Assembly: GCA_913052165.1 (NCBI GenBank)
Contig: CAJXEC010000001.1
Coordinates: 30,056 to 94,055 of the forward strand
Reading direction: 5' to 3'
From: an uncultured Rhodospirillaceae bacterium
GTDB taxonomy: Bacteria; Pseudomonadota; Alphaproteobacteria; MPNO01; UBA2964
Length of the DNA: 64,000 nucleotides
Below the pieces are notes generated by a model. The model did no database searches. It saw only the letters and a list, made by a program, of their open reading frames with translations, and was not told the DNA's origin. Shown here one piece after another: positions 49,515 to 60,687 of the stretch. The first letter of the stretch is position 1, and each line of letters begins with the position of its first letter. Position numbers and translations under genes: made by a program.

Positions 49515-49522
49515 ACGCGCAT

Positions 49523-50320
49523 TTGGAGAGGGCTCCGTTGATAAATTTACCCGACGAGCTAACTGATTTTGCGAGCGTTCTTGCAGACATCGCGAGAGAG
49601 AGCATTACCCCTTTATTTCGATCAAACATTTTTATAGACACGAAATCAGACAACTCGCCTGTGACCCTGGCTGACAGAGAAGCCGAGGGGAATATGAGAC
49701 GGCTAATTAATCGTCAATATCCTGATCACGGTATCATCGGTGAGGAGTACGGCGATGAAAATATTAGCTCTGATTTCGTTTGGGTTCTCGATCCCATCGA
49801 TGGAACTCGGGCTTTTATCGCCGGGAAACCAACCTTCGGTACTCTCATTTCGTTGCTCTATCGAAATCAACCTGTCATTGGAATAATTGACCAACCGATA
49901 CTAAAAGAGCGATGGGTAGGCTTGGCGAAGATTGGAACAACACTTAATGGGGCGCCAATTAATACCCGATCCTGCCCCGCTTTGTCTGACGCTATACTCA
50001 ACACGACTTCTCCAGGTATCTTTGATCAATTATCACTTGCGGCATTCAATAAACTTTCTAACCAATGCAAATCCACTCTCTATGGAGGTGATTGCTACGG
50101 ATATGGTCTATTAGCTTGTGGCCTAATAGATCTCGTGGTCGAAAGCGACCTAAAACCTTATGATTTTTGTGCTCTCATTCCGGTTGTAGAGGCCGCAGGC
50201 GGGAGAATGGTCGATTGGAGTGGCGATGAACTAAGCATCCAATCATCTGGAAAAATAATTGCAGCCGGCGACCCCGGCCTATCAGACGTTGTTTTAGATA
50301 TTCTAAGCTCGAATTCTTGA
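49523..50320 (+). CDS. hisN: Histidinol-phosphatase (inositol monophosphatase family)
   Basis: SPVTLADR, GEEYG, WVLDPIDGT, GGDCYGY, PYDFCAL. Confidence 0.85.
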   Translation: MERAPLINLPDELTDFASVLADIARESITPLFRSNIFIDTKSDNSPVTLADREAEGNMRRLINRQYPDHGIIGEEYGDENISSDFVWVLDPIDGTRAFIAGKPTFGTLISLLYRNQPVIGIIDQPILKERWVGLAKIGTTLNGAPINTRSCPALSDAILNTTSPGIFDQLSLAAFNKLSNQCKSTLYGGDCYGYGLLACGLIDLVVESDLKPYDFCALIPVVEAAGGRMVDWSGDELSIQSSGKIIAAGDPGLSDVVLDILSSNS

Positions 50321-50371
50321 CTTCAATGGCCTTAGGCCCGACAAAAAGTGCTATCGAGACCGGAGCATGTC

Positions 50372-52201
50372 ATGGTAAAGTTTTTCGTTAAGATATTAAT
50401 CTCGATAACAGTTGCGATTGGCATCGGTTTACCGTCACTCGCCCAAACGCTCAGTAGCCGCCATGCACTAACATTGGGCGATAAGCCCAAGTACGAAAAA
50501 GATTTTAAAAATCTAGACTATGTAAACCCTGGCGCCCCAAAAGGAGGCAAAATCCGTCGGCACTCAATCGGAGGCTTTGACAGCTTTAATCCGTTTATCA
50601 TCAAGGGCACCCCTGCCGCAGGAATAGGCTTGGTATTTGAAACGCTAACCACCACAACAGAAGACGATGCTCTTTCAGACTATGGGTTAATTGCTGAGAC
50701 AATTACCACTCCAAGTGACCTCTCATGGGTTGAGTTCAAACTAAGGCAGAATGCGCGATTCCACGACGGGACACCTATTAATCCGGAAGACGTGATTTAT
50801 AGTTTCAAAACCCTTACAAAACAGGGGCGGCCGCACTACCGATATTACTATTCCAACGTAAAAAAAGCGGAAAAAACTGGTCCGAAAACGGTCCGTTTTC
50901 ACTTCAAAGGAAAACGAAATAGAGAACTGCCACAAATCATGGGCCAACTACCCGTAATTTCCCAAAAATGGTGGTCCCAAAGAAATTTTTCATCGACAAC
51001 GCTCGAAATTCCTCTTGGATCTGGGCCTTATAAAATCAAGAATTTTGAGCCTGGCCGTCATATCACATACGAGCGGAAAAAAGATTACTGGGGAAAGGAC
51101 TTACCGTTAAACCGCGGCAGGTATAATTTTGATGAAGTACGCTTTGATTATTACAAAGACCAATCTGTAGCAATGGAGGCATTCAAAGCCGGAGAATACG
51201 ATTTCCGTTCAGAAAATTCTTCCAAACGTTGGGCGAAAGATTACCAATTCCCTGCTCGCCGCGCCAAAAAAGTGATTGTGTCCGAACAGTCGCATACTAA
51301 CCCTGCGGGCATGCAAGCGTTCGTTTACAACTTAAGGCGTCCCAAGTTCCAAGACAAACTCCTTCGGGAGGCTTTAAGCTACGCATTTGATTTTGAGTGG
51401 TCCAATAAAAATTTGTTCTATGGGCAATACAAAAGAACTAGAAGTTTCTTCCAGAACTCCGAGCTAGCTGCCACTGGGCTTCCCTCTCCCGAAGAGCTAG
51501 AAATACTGACCCCTTTGCGAGACCACATTGATCCGCGTGTATTCCATCAGAGTTATGCACCGCCCAGAACATCAGGCGACGGACGCGTACGGGGAAACCT
51601 AAGAATTGCTCAACGCTTGCTGAAAAAGGCCGGGTGGAAAATAGAAAACACCAAACTAATAAATCCAAAGACAGGTCAACCACTAGAAATAGAATTTTTA
51701 CTGGTTTCTCCCGACTTTGAAAGGGTGGTTTTGCCTTTCATTCAAAATCTAAAGCGGCTCGGCGTAATGGGAAAAATACGTACCGTTGACCCCTCGCAAT
51801 ATCAAAACAGGATCAGAGATTTTGACTTTGATGTAATCATTTTTACCTTTGGTCAATCCAATTCTCCGGGAAACGAACAGCGTGATTTATGGTCATCCAA
51901 TGCCGCTACTCGGAAGGGTAGCTATAACATCTCGGGAATAAGAAATCTGGCCGTCGACGCCTTGGTTGATCAAATCATTAGTGCACCCAATCGAAAAAGA
52001 CTTGTTACTGCGAGCCGAGCGTTAGATAGAGTGTTGCAATGGAGCCACATCGTTATTCCGCAGTGGCATATTAGCGCTTTTAGGCTGGCTAGGTGGGATA
52101 AGTTCGGGATTTCTCCGAAGCCACCTGCCCACGGTCCTGGATTTTGGTCATGGTGGATAGATCCAGAAAAAGAGGCCTTACTGAGGTCTGCAAGAAAATG
52201 A
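50372..52201 (+). CDS. yejA: Peptide ABC transporter substrate-binding protein (YejA-like, copy 1)
   Basis: YVNPGAPKGG, FDSFNPF, GSGPY, AFDFEWSN, ALDRVL; signal peptide. Confidence 0.88.
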   Translation: MVKFFVKILISITVAIGIGLPSLAQTLSSRHALTLGDKPKYEKDFKNLDYVNPGAPKGGKIRRHSIGGFDSFNPFIIKGTPAAGIGLVFETLTTTTEDDALSDYGLIAETITTPSDLSWVEFKLRQNARFHDGTPINPEDVIYSFKTLTKQGRPHYRYYYSNVKKAEKTGPKTVRFHFKGKRNRELPQIMGQLPVISQKWWSQRNFSSTTLEIPLGSGPYKIKNFEPGRHITYERKKDYWGKDLPLNRGRYNFDEVRFDYYKDQSVAMEAFKAGEYDFRSENSSKRWAKDYQFPARRAKKVIVSEQSHTNPAGMQAFVYNLRRPKFQDKLLREALSYAFDFEWSNKNLFYGQYKRTRSFFQNSELAATGLPSPEELEILTPLRDHIDPRVFHQSYAPPRTSGDGRVRGNLRIAQRLLKKAGWKIENTKLINPKTGQPLEIEFLLVSPDFERVVLPFIQNLKRLGVMGKIRTVDPSQYQNRIRDFDFDVIIFTFGQSNSPGNEQRDLWSSNAATRKGSYNISGIRNLAVDALVDQIISAPNRKRLVTASRALDRVLQWSHIVIPQWHISAFRLARWDKFGISPKPPAHGPGFWSWWIDPEKEALLRSARK

Positions 52202-54045
52202 TTATTAATCAGCCTTGGAGATACCTGGCCTTCCTTAAATTATTGATTTGTCTTGTTTTTCTGGGAGCTCCAACTATCTCCGCTCAACAAGCTGAACATG
52301 GCATATCAGCTTTTGGTGACCTGAAATATCCGCCCGACTTTAAGCATTTTGAATACGTCAACCCCAGAGCTCCCAAGGGGGGAGCCATTAAGCTACGAGG
52401 AATTGATAGTTTCGACAGTCTAAACCCCTTTATTTTGAAAGGGGTTGAAGCGGAGGGAATTGGATTGATTTATGGCACTCTTCTCGAGCGCTCAATGGAT
52501 GAACCGGACTCGCGTTATGCTTATATAGCGAAGAGTGTCTCAGTCGCCGGTAACAGGCTTAGTGTTACGTTTGACATTGATCCGAACGCCGTGTTTAGCG
52601 ACCGAACCCCCATCACAGCCTCAGACGTGGTCTTCAGTTTTAATACACTTATGAAAGACGGACATCCGCGGTACCGAGTAATTCTGAGCAATGTAAAAAA
52701 AGCAAAAGCAATAGGAAACCGCGCGGTTCAATTCTCTTTTAAAATCCCAGCTAACAGAGATTTATTCCTACAGTTATGTGATCTTCCGGTCCTATCCAAG
52801 AAGTTTTATTCCAAGGTTCCTTTCAATAGGACATCCCTTATACCTCCTGTCGCGTCGGGCCCCTATAAGGTAAAAAAAATTAAAGCAGGTCGCAGTATAT
52901 CTTACGAGCGCATCAAAGATTTTTGGGCAAAAGATCTCCCTGTTTTGGTTGGCCGTTATAATTTCGATGAAATCCGAATTGAGTATTTTCGTGACCGAGA
53001 CATAGCCTTTGAAGCTTTTTTCGCCGGCGAATACGATTTCCGTGAAGAATTCACCTCTCGCGCTTGGGCAACACAATATGATCGCCCCCCTGTACTCAAA
53101 GGAGAGATAAAGCGTGAAACGCTCTCCGACAATAGACCATCTGGAGTTCAAGCATTCTTTTTTAATCAGAGAAGACAAAAATTTAAGGATCGGCGTGTTC
53201 GTCAGGCTTTGGATCTTGCTTTTGACTTTGAGTGGACAAATAAAACTCTTTTTTTCAACGCATATATGCGAACCAATTCGATGTATGAAAACAGTGAACT
53301 TGCAGCCCATTCAGTTCCCACCAAGAACGAGCTCCAGCTGTTAAATCCACTAAAATCGCAAGTCCCACCAGAGGTATTTCGAAACCCTTATCAGTCGCCC
53401 AAATCAGACGGCTCAGGGCGAAATAGAGCAAACCTTCGGAAGGCCGCTAAATTACTGAGAGATGCTGGATGGACAGTGAAGGAAAATCGTCAGTTATTTA
53501 ATGCTAATGGAAAACCACTCACGATAGAGTTTTTACTTTTTGAAGCTTCCTTTACAAGGATAATAAATCCCTACATTCAAAACTTACGGCGAATTGGGAT
53601 TAAGTCTTCAATAAGAATTGTCGATGTAGCAAACTTTCAAAACCGCCTAAAAACATATGATTTTGATGTAATCGTCCAACGTTACATTCAACCCAACACC
53701 CCGGGAATTGAACAAAAAACCTATTTTTCCTCCGAAGTAGCTGACGCTCCAGGATCGCGTAATGTGGGTGGCATAAAGGACCCTGCCGTTGATCAATTAA
53801 TAACAAAAATAATCGAAGCCAAAAATAGAAAAGACTTGGTAACGGCGACAAGAGCTCTGGATCGCGTTTTAATGTGGAATAATTACGTTGTCCCTCAATG
53901 GTATAAGGGGTCTCACAATATTGCTTACTGGAATAAATTTTCTCGTCCTGCCAAAAAACCCTTATATGATTTGGGAGTTTTGGATACATGGTGGCTCAAT
54001 CCGGCTAAAGGGCAAAATAGAGATGATAAGATGGATAAAAAATAG
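52198..54045 (+). CDS. yejA: Peptide ABC transporter substrate-binding protein (YejA-like, copy 2)
   Basis: FEYVNPRAPKGG, SGPY, AFDFEWTN, ALDRVL; ATGA overlap with copy 1. Confidence 0.88.
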   Translation: MIINQPWRYLAFLKLLICLVFLGAPTISAQQAEHGISAFGDLKYPPDFKHFEYVNPRAPKGGAIKLRGIDSFDSLNPFILKGVEAEGIGLIYGTLLERSMDEPDSRYAYIAKSVSVAGNRLSVTFDIDPNAVFSDRTPITASDVVFSFNTLMKDGHPRYRVILSNVKKAKAIGNRAVQFSFKIPANRDLFLQLCDLPVLSKKFYSKVPFNRTSLIPPVASGPYKVKKIKAGRSISYERIKDFWAKDLPVLVGRYNFDEIRIEYFRDRDIAFEAFFAGEYDFREEFTSRAWATQYDRPPVLKGEIKRETLSDNRPSGVQAFFFNQRRQKFKDRRVRQALDLAFDFEWTNKTLFFNAYMRTNSMYENSELAAHSVPTKNELQLLNPLKSQVPPEVFRNPYQSPKSDGSGRNRANLRKAAKLLRDAGWTVKENRQLFNANGKPLTIEFLLFEASFTRIINPYIQNLRRIGIKSSIRIVDVANFQNRLKTYDFDVIVQRYIQPNTPGIEQKTYFSSEVADAPGSRNVGGIKDPAVDQLITKIIEAKNRKDLVTATRALDRVLMWNNYVVPQWYKGSHNIAYWNKFSRPAKKPLYDLGVLDTWWLNPAKGQNRDDKMDKK

Positions 54046-54096
54046 CCTTTCGATGGTCGCCATGAGCTCGTTATTAAAATCTAAAATTGGTGCAAA

Positions 54097-55218
54097 ATGG
54101 CTACCTACATAGTACGCCGTTTACTATTAATAATCCCGACTTTGTTTGGGATCATGGTAATAAATTTTGCCATTGTGCAATTTGCTCCGGGGGGACCTGT
54201 CGAGCAGCTTATCGCTCAAATCACCGGTTCTGATGTTGGGGCAACAGCTCGGATCAGCGGGGGTAGCGGAACCGAAACAAGAGCCTCTAGCAATACCGCC
54301 TCTACAAGCGGAATTGGTTCAACTGGCGTAAACTCTAAATATCGCGGAGCGCAGGGTCTTGATCCCGAATTTGTAAAACAGCTCGAGAAACAATTTGGTT
54401 TCGACAAGCCAATTCACGAGCGATTTTTCAAAATGATGGGCAACTACCTAATGTTTGATTTTGGAACATCATACTTCCGGGATGAAACCGTGATCAACTT
54501 GGTTCTTGAGAAGATGCCTGTATCTATCTCATTAGGTCTTTGGACTACTTTATTAGTTTACCTAATTTCAATCCCATTAGGCGTACGAAAGGCGGTTTTA
54601 GATGGGAGCCGCTTTGACATCTGGACCAGCAGTATAATAATCGTTGGAAACGCTATACCCAGCTTCTTGTTTGCAGTGCTCTTAGTGGTTTTATTTTGTG
54701 GCGGAAGCTATCTGGACTGGTTTCCACTCCGTGGCTTGGTTTCAGAAAATTTCGATCAACTTTCATTGGCAGGGAAAATTCTCGACTATCTCTGGCACAT
54801 GGTGCTCCCCGTAACGGCGCTTGTAATAGGAGGATTTGCAGCTCTGACCTTTCTTACCAAGAATTCATTCCTTGATCAGATAAATCAACAATATGTGTTA
54901 ACAGCGCGGGCCAAGGGACTGGCAGAAAGCAGGGTCCTATATGGGCACGTCTTCAGAAATGCGATGCTTATTGTTATCGCGGGATTTCCTGGCGCCTTCG
55001 TCGGTATATTGTTCACAGGCTCTTTATTAATTGAGATTATCTTTTCACTTGATGGCCTCGGCTTACTAGGCTTTGAGGCAGTCATCAAGAGAGATTATCC
55101 GGTAATGTTTGGTTCCCTTTTCTTTTTTACTCTTCTTGGCCTTGTCATGAAACTAATTGGCGATTTGACCTATATGATAATCGACCCCAGGATCGATTTC
55201 GAGGCAAGAGATGTCTGA
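54097..55218 (+). CDS. yejB: ABC transporter permease YejB
   Basis: [42 protein letters not shown]. Confidence 0.93.
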   Translation: MATYIVRRLLLIIPTLFGIMVINFAIVQFAPGGPVEQLIAQITGSDVGATARISGGSGTETRASSNTASTSGIGSTGVNSKYRGAQGLDPEFVKQLEKQFGFDKPIHERFFKMMGNYLMFDFGTSYFRDETVINLVLEKMPVSISLGLWTTLLVYLISIPLGVRKAVLDGSRFDIWTSSIIIVGNAIPSFLFAVLLVVLFCGGSYLDWFPLRGLVSENFDQLSLAGKILDYLWHMVLPVTALVIGGFAALTFLTKNSFLDQINQQYVLTARAKGLAESRVLYGHVFRNAMLIVIAGFPGAFVGILFTGSLLIEIIFSLDGLGLLGFEAVIKRDYPVMFGSLFFFTLLGLVMKLIGDLTYMIIDPRIDFEARDV

Positions 55219-56296
55219 GAGCTCTTCTCATAGCAATCAGCCAGTTAAACAATCCACCTTTTGTGGGAAAAAAATTTCGCCGCTTACCGCTCGACGGCTC
55301 CATAATTTTCGCGCGAACAAGCGTGGATACTGGTCGATGTGGATCTTTTTGGTGTTATTTTTAGTTACTTTGTTTGCAGAATTTATCGCTAACGACTCCC
55401 CTCTAGTCGTTCGGTACAAGGGGGATTTTTATTTTCCCATCTTCAAGGTCTATCCCGAGACTACCTTCGGAGGTGACTTTTTGACCGAGGCAGAATACCG
55501 AGAGCGAGATGTTCAAGATTTGATCGAAAAAAGTGGGGGGTGGATATTATGGCCTCCAATTCGCTTTTCATACGAAACAGTGAATTTTGCTCTGAAGGAA
55601 CCAGCACCATCGCCACCCACTTTTGAAAATCTGCTGGGAACAGATGATCAAGCTAGAGATGTGTTTGCCCGGGTCCTCTATGGTTTTAGGATTTCGGTGC
55701 TATTTGGCATCGTATTGACTGTTGCTTCAACTGTGATTGGGATAGCCGCTGGTGCGGTCCAAGGCTACTTCGGAGGCTGGACAGATCTACTTTTCCAGAG
55801 GTTTATCGAGATCTGGTCAGGCCTGCCGCGGCTTTTTCTACTGATTATACTTGCCAGCATCATTGAACCTAATTTTTGGATCTTACTAGGGTTGCTGCTG
55901 CTCTTCGAATGGATGGCCCTGGAAGGAGTTGTCAGAGCTGAATTTTTGCGCACAAGAAATTTTGATTATGTTCGAGCTGCGCGAGCTTTAGGTGTCGATA
56001 ATCTTACTATTATGCGCCGGCACATTCTGCCAAACGCCATGACGGCTGCCCTGACTTTCTTGCCATTCGTATTGATCGGATCAATAACAGCTCTCACCTC
56101 CCTTGATTTTCTTGGATTTGGACTACCTCCGGGATCTCCCTCGCTGGGCGAATTATTGGCTCAGGGGAAATCCAATCTCCAGGCGCCCTGGCTTGGGCTT
56201 ACAGCCTTCTTTGTTCTTGCGCTTATGCTCTCTCTCTTGATCTTCATCGGAGAGGCAATTCGTGACGCCTTCGATCCAAGGAAGACGCTGGTCTGA
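55211..56296 (+). CDS. yejE: ABC transporter permease YejE
   Basis: [37 protein letters not shown]. Confidence 0.93.
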   Translation: MSESSSHSNQPVKQSTFCGKKISPLTARRLHNFRANKRGYWSMWIFLVLFLVTLFAEFIANDSPLVVRYKGDFYFPIFKVYPETTFGGDFLTEAEYRERDVQDLIEKSGGWILWPPIRFSYETVNFALKEPAPSPPTFENLLGTDDQARDVFARVLYGFRISVLFGIVLTVASTVIGIAAGAVQGYFGGWTDLLFQRFIEIWSGLPRLFLLIILASIIEPNFWILLGLLLLFEWMALEGVVRAEFLRTRNFDYVRAARALGVDNLTIMRRHILPNAMTAALTFLPFVLIGSITALTSLDFLGFGLPPGSPSLGELLAQGKSNLQAPWLGLTAFFVLALMLSLLIFIGEAIRDAFDPRKTLV

Positions 56297-57930
56297 TGAT
56301 TGACCCAAGTCCAGCATTACTGCGAGTTGAAAATCTATCAGTAGCCTTCAAACAAGGTGATAAAGAAGCAGTGGCTGTAAAGGATGTTTCTTTTGATATT
56401 TATAAAGGAGAGACAGTCGCTCTTGTAGGTGAAAGCGGATCAGGTAAATCTGTAAGCGCTTTATCTATTTTACAGCTTCTGCCATATCCGCTTGCCACAC
56501 ACCCAACAGGCAATATCTACTTTGCCGGGGAGGATATTTTTCGAGCAACGCCAGACAGACTCCGTGAAATAAGGGGAAATCGAATCGGGATGATTTTTCA
56601 GGAACCTATGACATCCCTTAATCCCCTTCACACGATTGAAAAACAGATTGGAGAGGTGTTGATCCTTCACAAAAAAACTCGACGAATTTCTGTTCGGGAG
56701 CACGTGAGCGAACTTCTCAAAAAGGTGGGCCTAGACAGAGTGGAGGAAAGGCTCGGGGCCTATCCACATCAATTATCTGGCGGGCAAAGACAAAGGGTAA
56801 TGATAGCAATGGCCCTTGCAAATGAGCCAGAGATAATGATTGCTGATGAGCCTACGACGGCCCTTGATGTAACCATTCAGGCTCAAATTCTATCGGTTTT
56901 AAAGGAACTACAAACAAAGCAAAAAATGGCCATGTTGATAATCACTCATGACCTTGGGGTAGTTCGAAAAGTTGCTGACCGGGTTTTTGTGATGACCCAG
57001 GGCCAAATCGTAGAGTCTGGTAAAACCGAACAAATTTTCCGTAACCCCCAACACGCCTATACAAAACATCTACTGGCGTCAGAGCTCAAGGGAACCACCG
57101 CCCTCGAATCTCCCGAGTCCCCGGTCATACTTAAAGCTGATGATTTGAAAGTCTGGTTTCCCATAAAGCGTGGCCTCCTTCGACGAACCAAGGGTTATGT
57201 TAAGGCGGTAGACGGCGTTACCCTCAAGATCAAGGAGGGGCAAACAGTTGGAATAGTGGGCGAAAGCGGATCAGGAAAGACCACCTTTGCTCTTGGGTTG
57301 CTGCGACTCGAGCGGAGTTCAGGAAGGATTATATACCAGGGGACAGATATAAGTGAACTTAGTTGGAAAGAGATGCGTCCACTTAGGGCAGAAATGCAAA
57401 TCGTGTTTCAAGACCCATATGGATCGTTAAGCCCGCGTCTCTCTGTTGGTCAAATCATCGAGGAGGGGTTGCGCATTCATCAAAGCGGAATGGATCTGGT
57501 ACGGCGCCAAAAAATAATTATAGATGTCTTACGCGAGGTCGGATTGGATCCCGAGACCCAAGACAGGTATCCTCATGAATTTTCAGGCGGTCAACGGCAA
57601 AGAATTGCTATAGCCAGAGCACTAATACTCAAACCCAAGCTAATCGTGCTGGATGAGCCGACATCGGCTCTTGACGTATCAGTTCAAGCCCAAATCGTGA
57701 ATCTACTGAGGGATTTGCAGATAAGATATAAAATTTCATATCTTTTCATCAGCCACGATTTAAAAGTGGTGCGAGCGCTAGCAGATCAACTAATTGTAAT
57801 GAGAAACGGGAAAGTTGTAGAGCAAGGTAAGTCCTCAGAAATCTTCAAGAATCCCTCAACCAACTATACAAGGGAATTGCTTTCTGCCGCTCTTAACTTA
57901 GAAACATCGGAAAATACGCGTATAAATTGA
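56296..57930 (+). CDS. yejF: ABC transporter dual ATP-binding protein YejF
   Basis: Two GESGSGK Walker A motifs, LSGGQ and FSGGQ, DEPT. Confidence 0.92.
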   Translation: MIDPSPALLRVENLSVAFKQGDKEAVAVKDVSFDIYKGETVALVGESGSGKSVSALSILQLLPYPLATHPTGNIYFAGEDIFRATPDRLREIRGNRIGMIFQEPMTSLNPLHTIEKQIGEVLILHKKTRRISVREHVSELLKKVGLDRVEERLGAYPHQLSGGQRQRVMIAMALANEPEIMIADEPTTALDVTIQAQILSVLKELQTKQKMAMLIITHDLGVVRKVADRVFVMTQGQIVESGKTEQIFRNPQHAYTKHLLASELKGTTALESPESPVILKADDLKVWFPIKRGLLRRTKGYVKAVDGVTLKIKEGQTVGIVGESGSGKTTFALGLLRLERSSGRIIYQGTDISELSWKEMRPLRAEMQIVFQDPYGSLSPRLSVGQIIEEGLRIHQSGMDLVRRQKIIIDVLREVGLDPETQDRYPHEFSGGQRQRIAIARALILKPKLIVLDEPTSALDVSVQAQIVNLLRDLQIRYKISYLFISHDLKVVRALADQLIVMRNGKVVEQGKSSEIFKNPSTNYTRELLSAALNLETSENTRIN

Positions 57931-58062
57931 TCTATTCTGGTGTAATTTTTTCTCCGAAATTTTCAGAAACCACTAAATCATTACACTCGGACTGAAATCT
58001 TCCATTCTCACATAATAGGGGAGTAAAGCTGTAAATTTTTCCTATCAAAAATTATTAGGTTT

Positions 58063-59448
58063 TCAGTTTTTTCCGAAACGCCTCTGGATGACATTAAAAA
58101 GAGCTCGAACCCCCATTGCCTCTCCTCCAATTGGACGGCCGGGCCGATTACGACTGTTCCATGCCATTATATCAAAGTGTACCCAGGGGGTCTTTTCACT
58201 GACAAACTCTTGCAGATAGAGGGCCGCTGTTATCGCGCCACCTTGCCCGATTGACCCAACATTATTTACGTCTGCCACGGGACTGTCGATAAGGTGACGA
58301 TAACCCTTCCAAAGGGGCAAGCGCCATGTCGGATCGTCAACAGCCTGTCCCGCAAGCGATATATCTGAAGCCAAGCGGTCGTCATTACAAAAATACGCTG
58401 AGAGCTCTGGGCCCAGGGCAATCCGCGCTGCACCTGTCAATGTTGAGTAATCGGCAAGAAGTTCGGGCGACTCTTCCTCGGCTAGCGAGAGCGCATCGCA
58501 CATTACCAACCTTCCCTCGGCATCAGTATTTCCTATTTCCACGGTAATACCAGCGCGGGTCTTTATCACATCAGCGGGATGATACGCGTTACCTGAAACA
58601 GAATTTTCTACTGCTCCGATTAAAACGCGGAGCCTTACATCAAGGCGAGCATCCATGACCATGTGTGCAAGGCCCAATACACAAGCGGCACCCCCCATAT
58701 CTTTTTTCATCCGCAACATTCCAGATGCTGTCTTAAGATCTAAACCGCCGGTATCAAAACAAACTCCCTTGCCTACTAAGGTCACTTTAGGAGCCCGAGG
58801 ACGACCCCATGTAAAATCTATAAGACGGGGAGGTTTTGAAGATGCGCGCCCCACAGCATGAATCGTCGGAAAGTTCTCCTTAAGCAAGGCATCACCCACG
58901 ATTGTTCGAAACTTAGCCTTGTGAAGCCGAGCAAGTTTCCGCGCAGCATTGGCTAGCTCAGGAGGCCCCATATCTTCAGCAGGAGTATTGATCAAATCCC
59001 TGACCATAAAAACTGCATCCACTGAACGGATTACTGCATCCCTGTCGCAACCTTTAGGCCATACTAGATTAGGGAACTTCCTAGAGTTCTTTTGAGTTTT
59101 ATATTTTTCGAATCTGTAGCATGCCAGTGCCCAGCCGACAGCCAAGTCGGTGGCGAGCTGCTTTTTTAATTTTGTCTTAATGAAATAAGTTCCCATAGCA
59201 AGGTTTTCAGGCAAACCAGCTAAGGCCCAAATACCTATTGCCTCCTGTGTTCCAACCAATACCTCAGAAAGGGTACCTCCTGGACCAGGCACCAAACAAT
59301 GAGCGCCCGCCTCCGCTCTAAAGCCTGAAGCTTTTACCCAGGTTTTAACAAAAGATGGCTGTTCCTTAATCCATTCATCGAAGGTCGTTGTCGCGATCAG
59401 ACTGATCGCTATAGCATCTCTAGAGGAGGAAAAAAATTTATAGCTCAT
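58063..59448 (-). CDS. M17 leucyl aminopeptidase (PepA/PepB-like)
   Basis: GKGVCFDTGG, MKKDMGGA, NTDAEGRL, TLTGA. Confidence 0.93.
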   Translation of the reverse strand: MSYKFFSSSRDAIAISLIATTTFDEWIKEQPSFVKTWVKASGFRAEAGAHCLVPGPGGTLSEVLVGTQEAIGIWALAGLPENLAMGTYFIKTKLKKQLATDLAVGWALACYRFEKYKTQKNSRKFPNLVWPKGCDRDAVIRSVDAVFMVRDLINTPAEDMGPPELANAARKLARLHKAKFRTIVGDALLKENFPTIHAVGRASSKPPRLIDFTWGRPRAPKVTLVGKGVCFDTGGLDLKTASGMLRMKKDMGGAACVLGLAHMVMDARLDVRLRVLIGAVENSVSGNAYHPADVIKTRAGITVEIGNTDAEGRLVMCDALSLAEEESPELLADYSTLTGAARIALGPELSAYFCNDDRLASDISLAGQAVDDPTWRLPLWKGYRHLIDSPVADVNNVGSIGQGGAITAALYLQEFVSEKTPWVHFDIMAWNSRNRPGRPIGGEAMGVRALFNVIQRRFGKN

Positions 59449-59530
59449 TGGCTCGTCCCATTACGAAAGGTGTTGGTTTAGTGAAATATCCAGCTAACAT
59501 CAGCTTTTGGTCTCTAGCTAGGGGCAAAAA

Positions 59531-60607
59531 TTAAGAGCCAAGGGCGTCGTTTAAATTACTTACTATATCTCCCATGTCTTCAGCGCCATTAACCCGGGTG
59601 CCGATCGCGATGTGCGGGCTAAGAACTGCATTTTTATATCTGCGAAATGGATCGTCTATCTCACCAGGTTCCTGATAATGTACATCCATACCTATACCTC
59701 CAAGATGACCTGACTCGAGATACTCCAACAAAGCTTCCCTCCGAATGATGTCTGCCCTGGCAATATTGACAATTATCGTATTGGGCTGCGTCATCTCCAA
59801 AAGTTCCCTCCCAATCATACCCCGGGTACCCTCATTCAGCGGCACATGGATTGAAATAAAATCCGACTCTTGGAAAAGACCTTCTATTGGCCTGTAAGAT
59901 GCGTTGAACTGTTTTTCTAGATCTTTTGAGAGTTGATTACGCTGAGCATAAAGAATTTTCATATCGAAGGCATTTGCCCATCTGGCAACTTCACGACCTA
60001 CAGAGCCCAGACCAACTAACCCCAACGTCGACCCACGCATATTCTTTATACCGTTTATCCTGGCCCAGTTAGAGTTAGCAGTGTGTTTGCGGTTGTAAAT
60101 TCGGGCTGGCCACCCTTCTGCCTGCAACTCCTCGATCGTTAAAAGTTTATTAGTCTCTACCAGTTTTTTTCCGAGGGTCATCATCAGCGCAAACGCATGC
60201 TCACCAACAGCGACGTTTACCCGTCGAAAAAATGGCTTAACGATTACTCCCCGCGCCTCACAAGCCGCCTCATCAATATTACGCATATCCGTGCGAAAAT
60301 TATGACAAATTTTAATTTTTGGACCAGAATCGAGTTGTTTTTGTCCGAATATATAATCTTCAACCACAACTGCATCTGCTTCTTTGAGCGAGTTATCGAG
60401 TTCTTCCTGGCTATGAGTTAAAATCACCGTTGCCGGAAATACATCTGTATATTTCTTCCGCAGACCATCTCGCCATTTTCTGAACTCCGGCATGTCTACA
60501 GAATAATAATCCTCAAATGCATCGACACGGTCTCCTGGGCAATCCGGATCCAATATGACGCTGAGTGCCCGTATTATATGATCATCTTGGACGACAATGG
60601 TGGTCAT
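59531..60607 (-). CDS. D-isomer-specific 2-hydroxyacid dehydrogenase family protein (divergent)
   Basis: VGEHA, GLVGLGSVG, SDFISIHVPL, NIAR, DVHYQEP, SPHIA. Confidence 0.85.
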   Translation of the reverse strand: MTTIVVQDDHIIRALSVILDPDCPGDRVDAFEDYYSVDMPEFRKWRDGLRKKYTDVFPATVILTHSQEELDNSLKEADAVVVEDYIFGQKQLDSGPKIKICHNFRTDMRNIDEAACEARGVIVKPFFRRVNVAVGEHAFALMMTLGKKLVETNKLLTIEELQAEGWPARIYNRKHTANSNWARINGIKNMRGSTLGLVGLGSVGREVARWANAFDMKILYAQRNQLSKDLEKQFNASYRPIEGLFQESDFISIHVPLNEGTRGMIGRELLEMTQPNTIIVNIARADIIRREALLEYLESGHLGGIGMDVHYQEPGEIDDPFRRYKNAVLSPHIAIGTRVNGAEDMGDIVSNLNDALGS

Positions 60608-60687
60608 AATAAATTTTTCCTTAATTTCTGAATTACTCGACGCCGCAAAATAATCACGTCGACTAGTTGGTCAACTTTTTGCAACTG

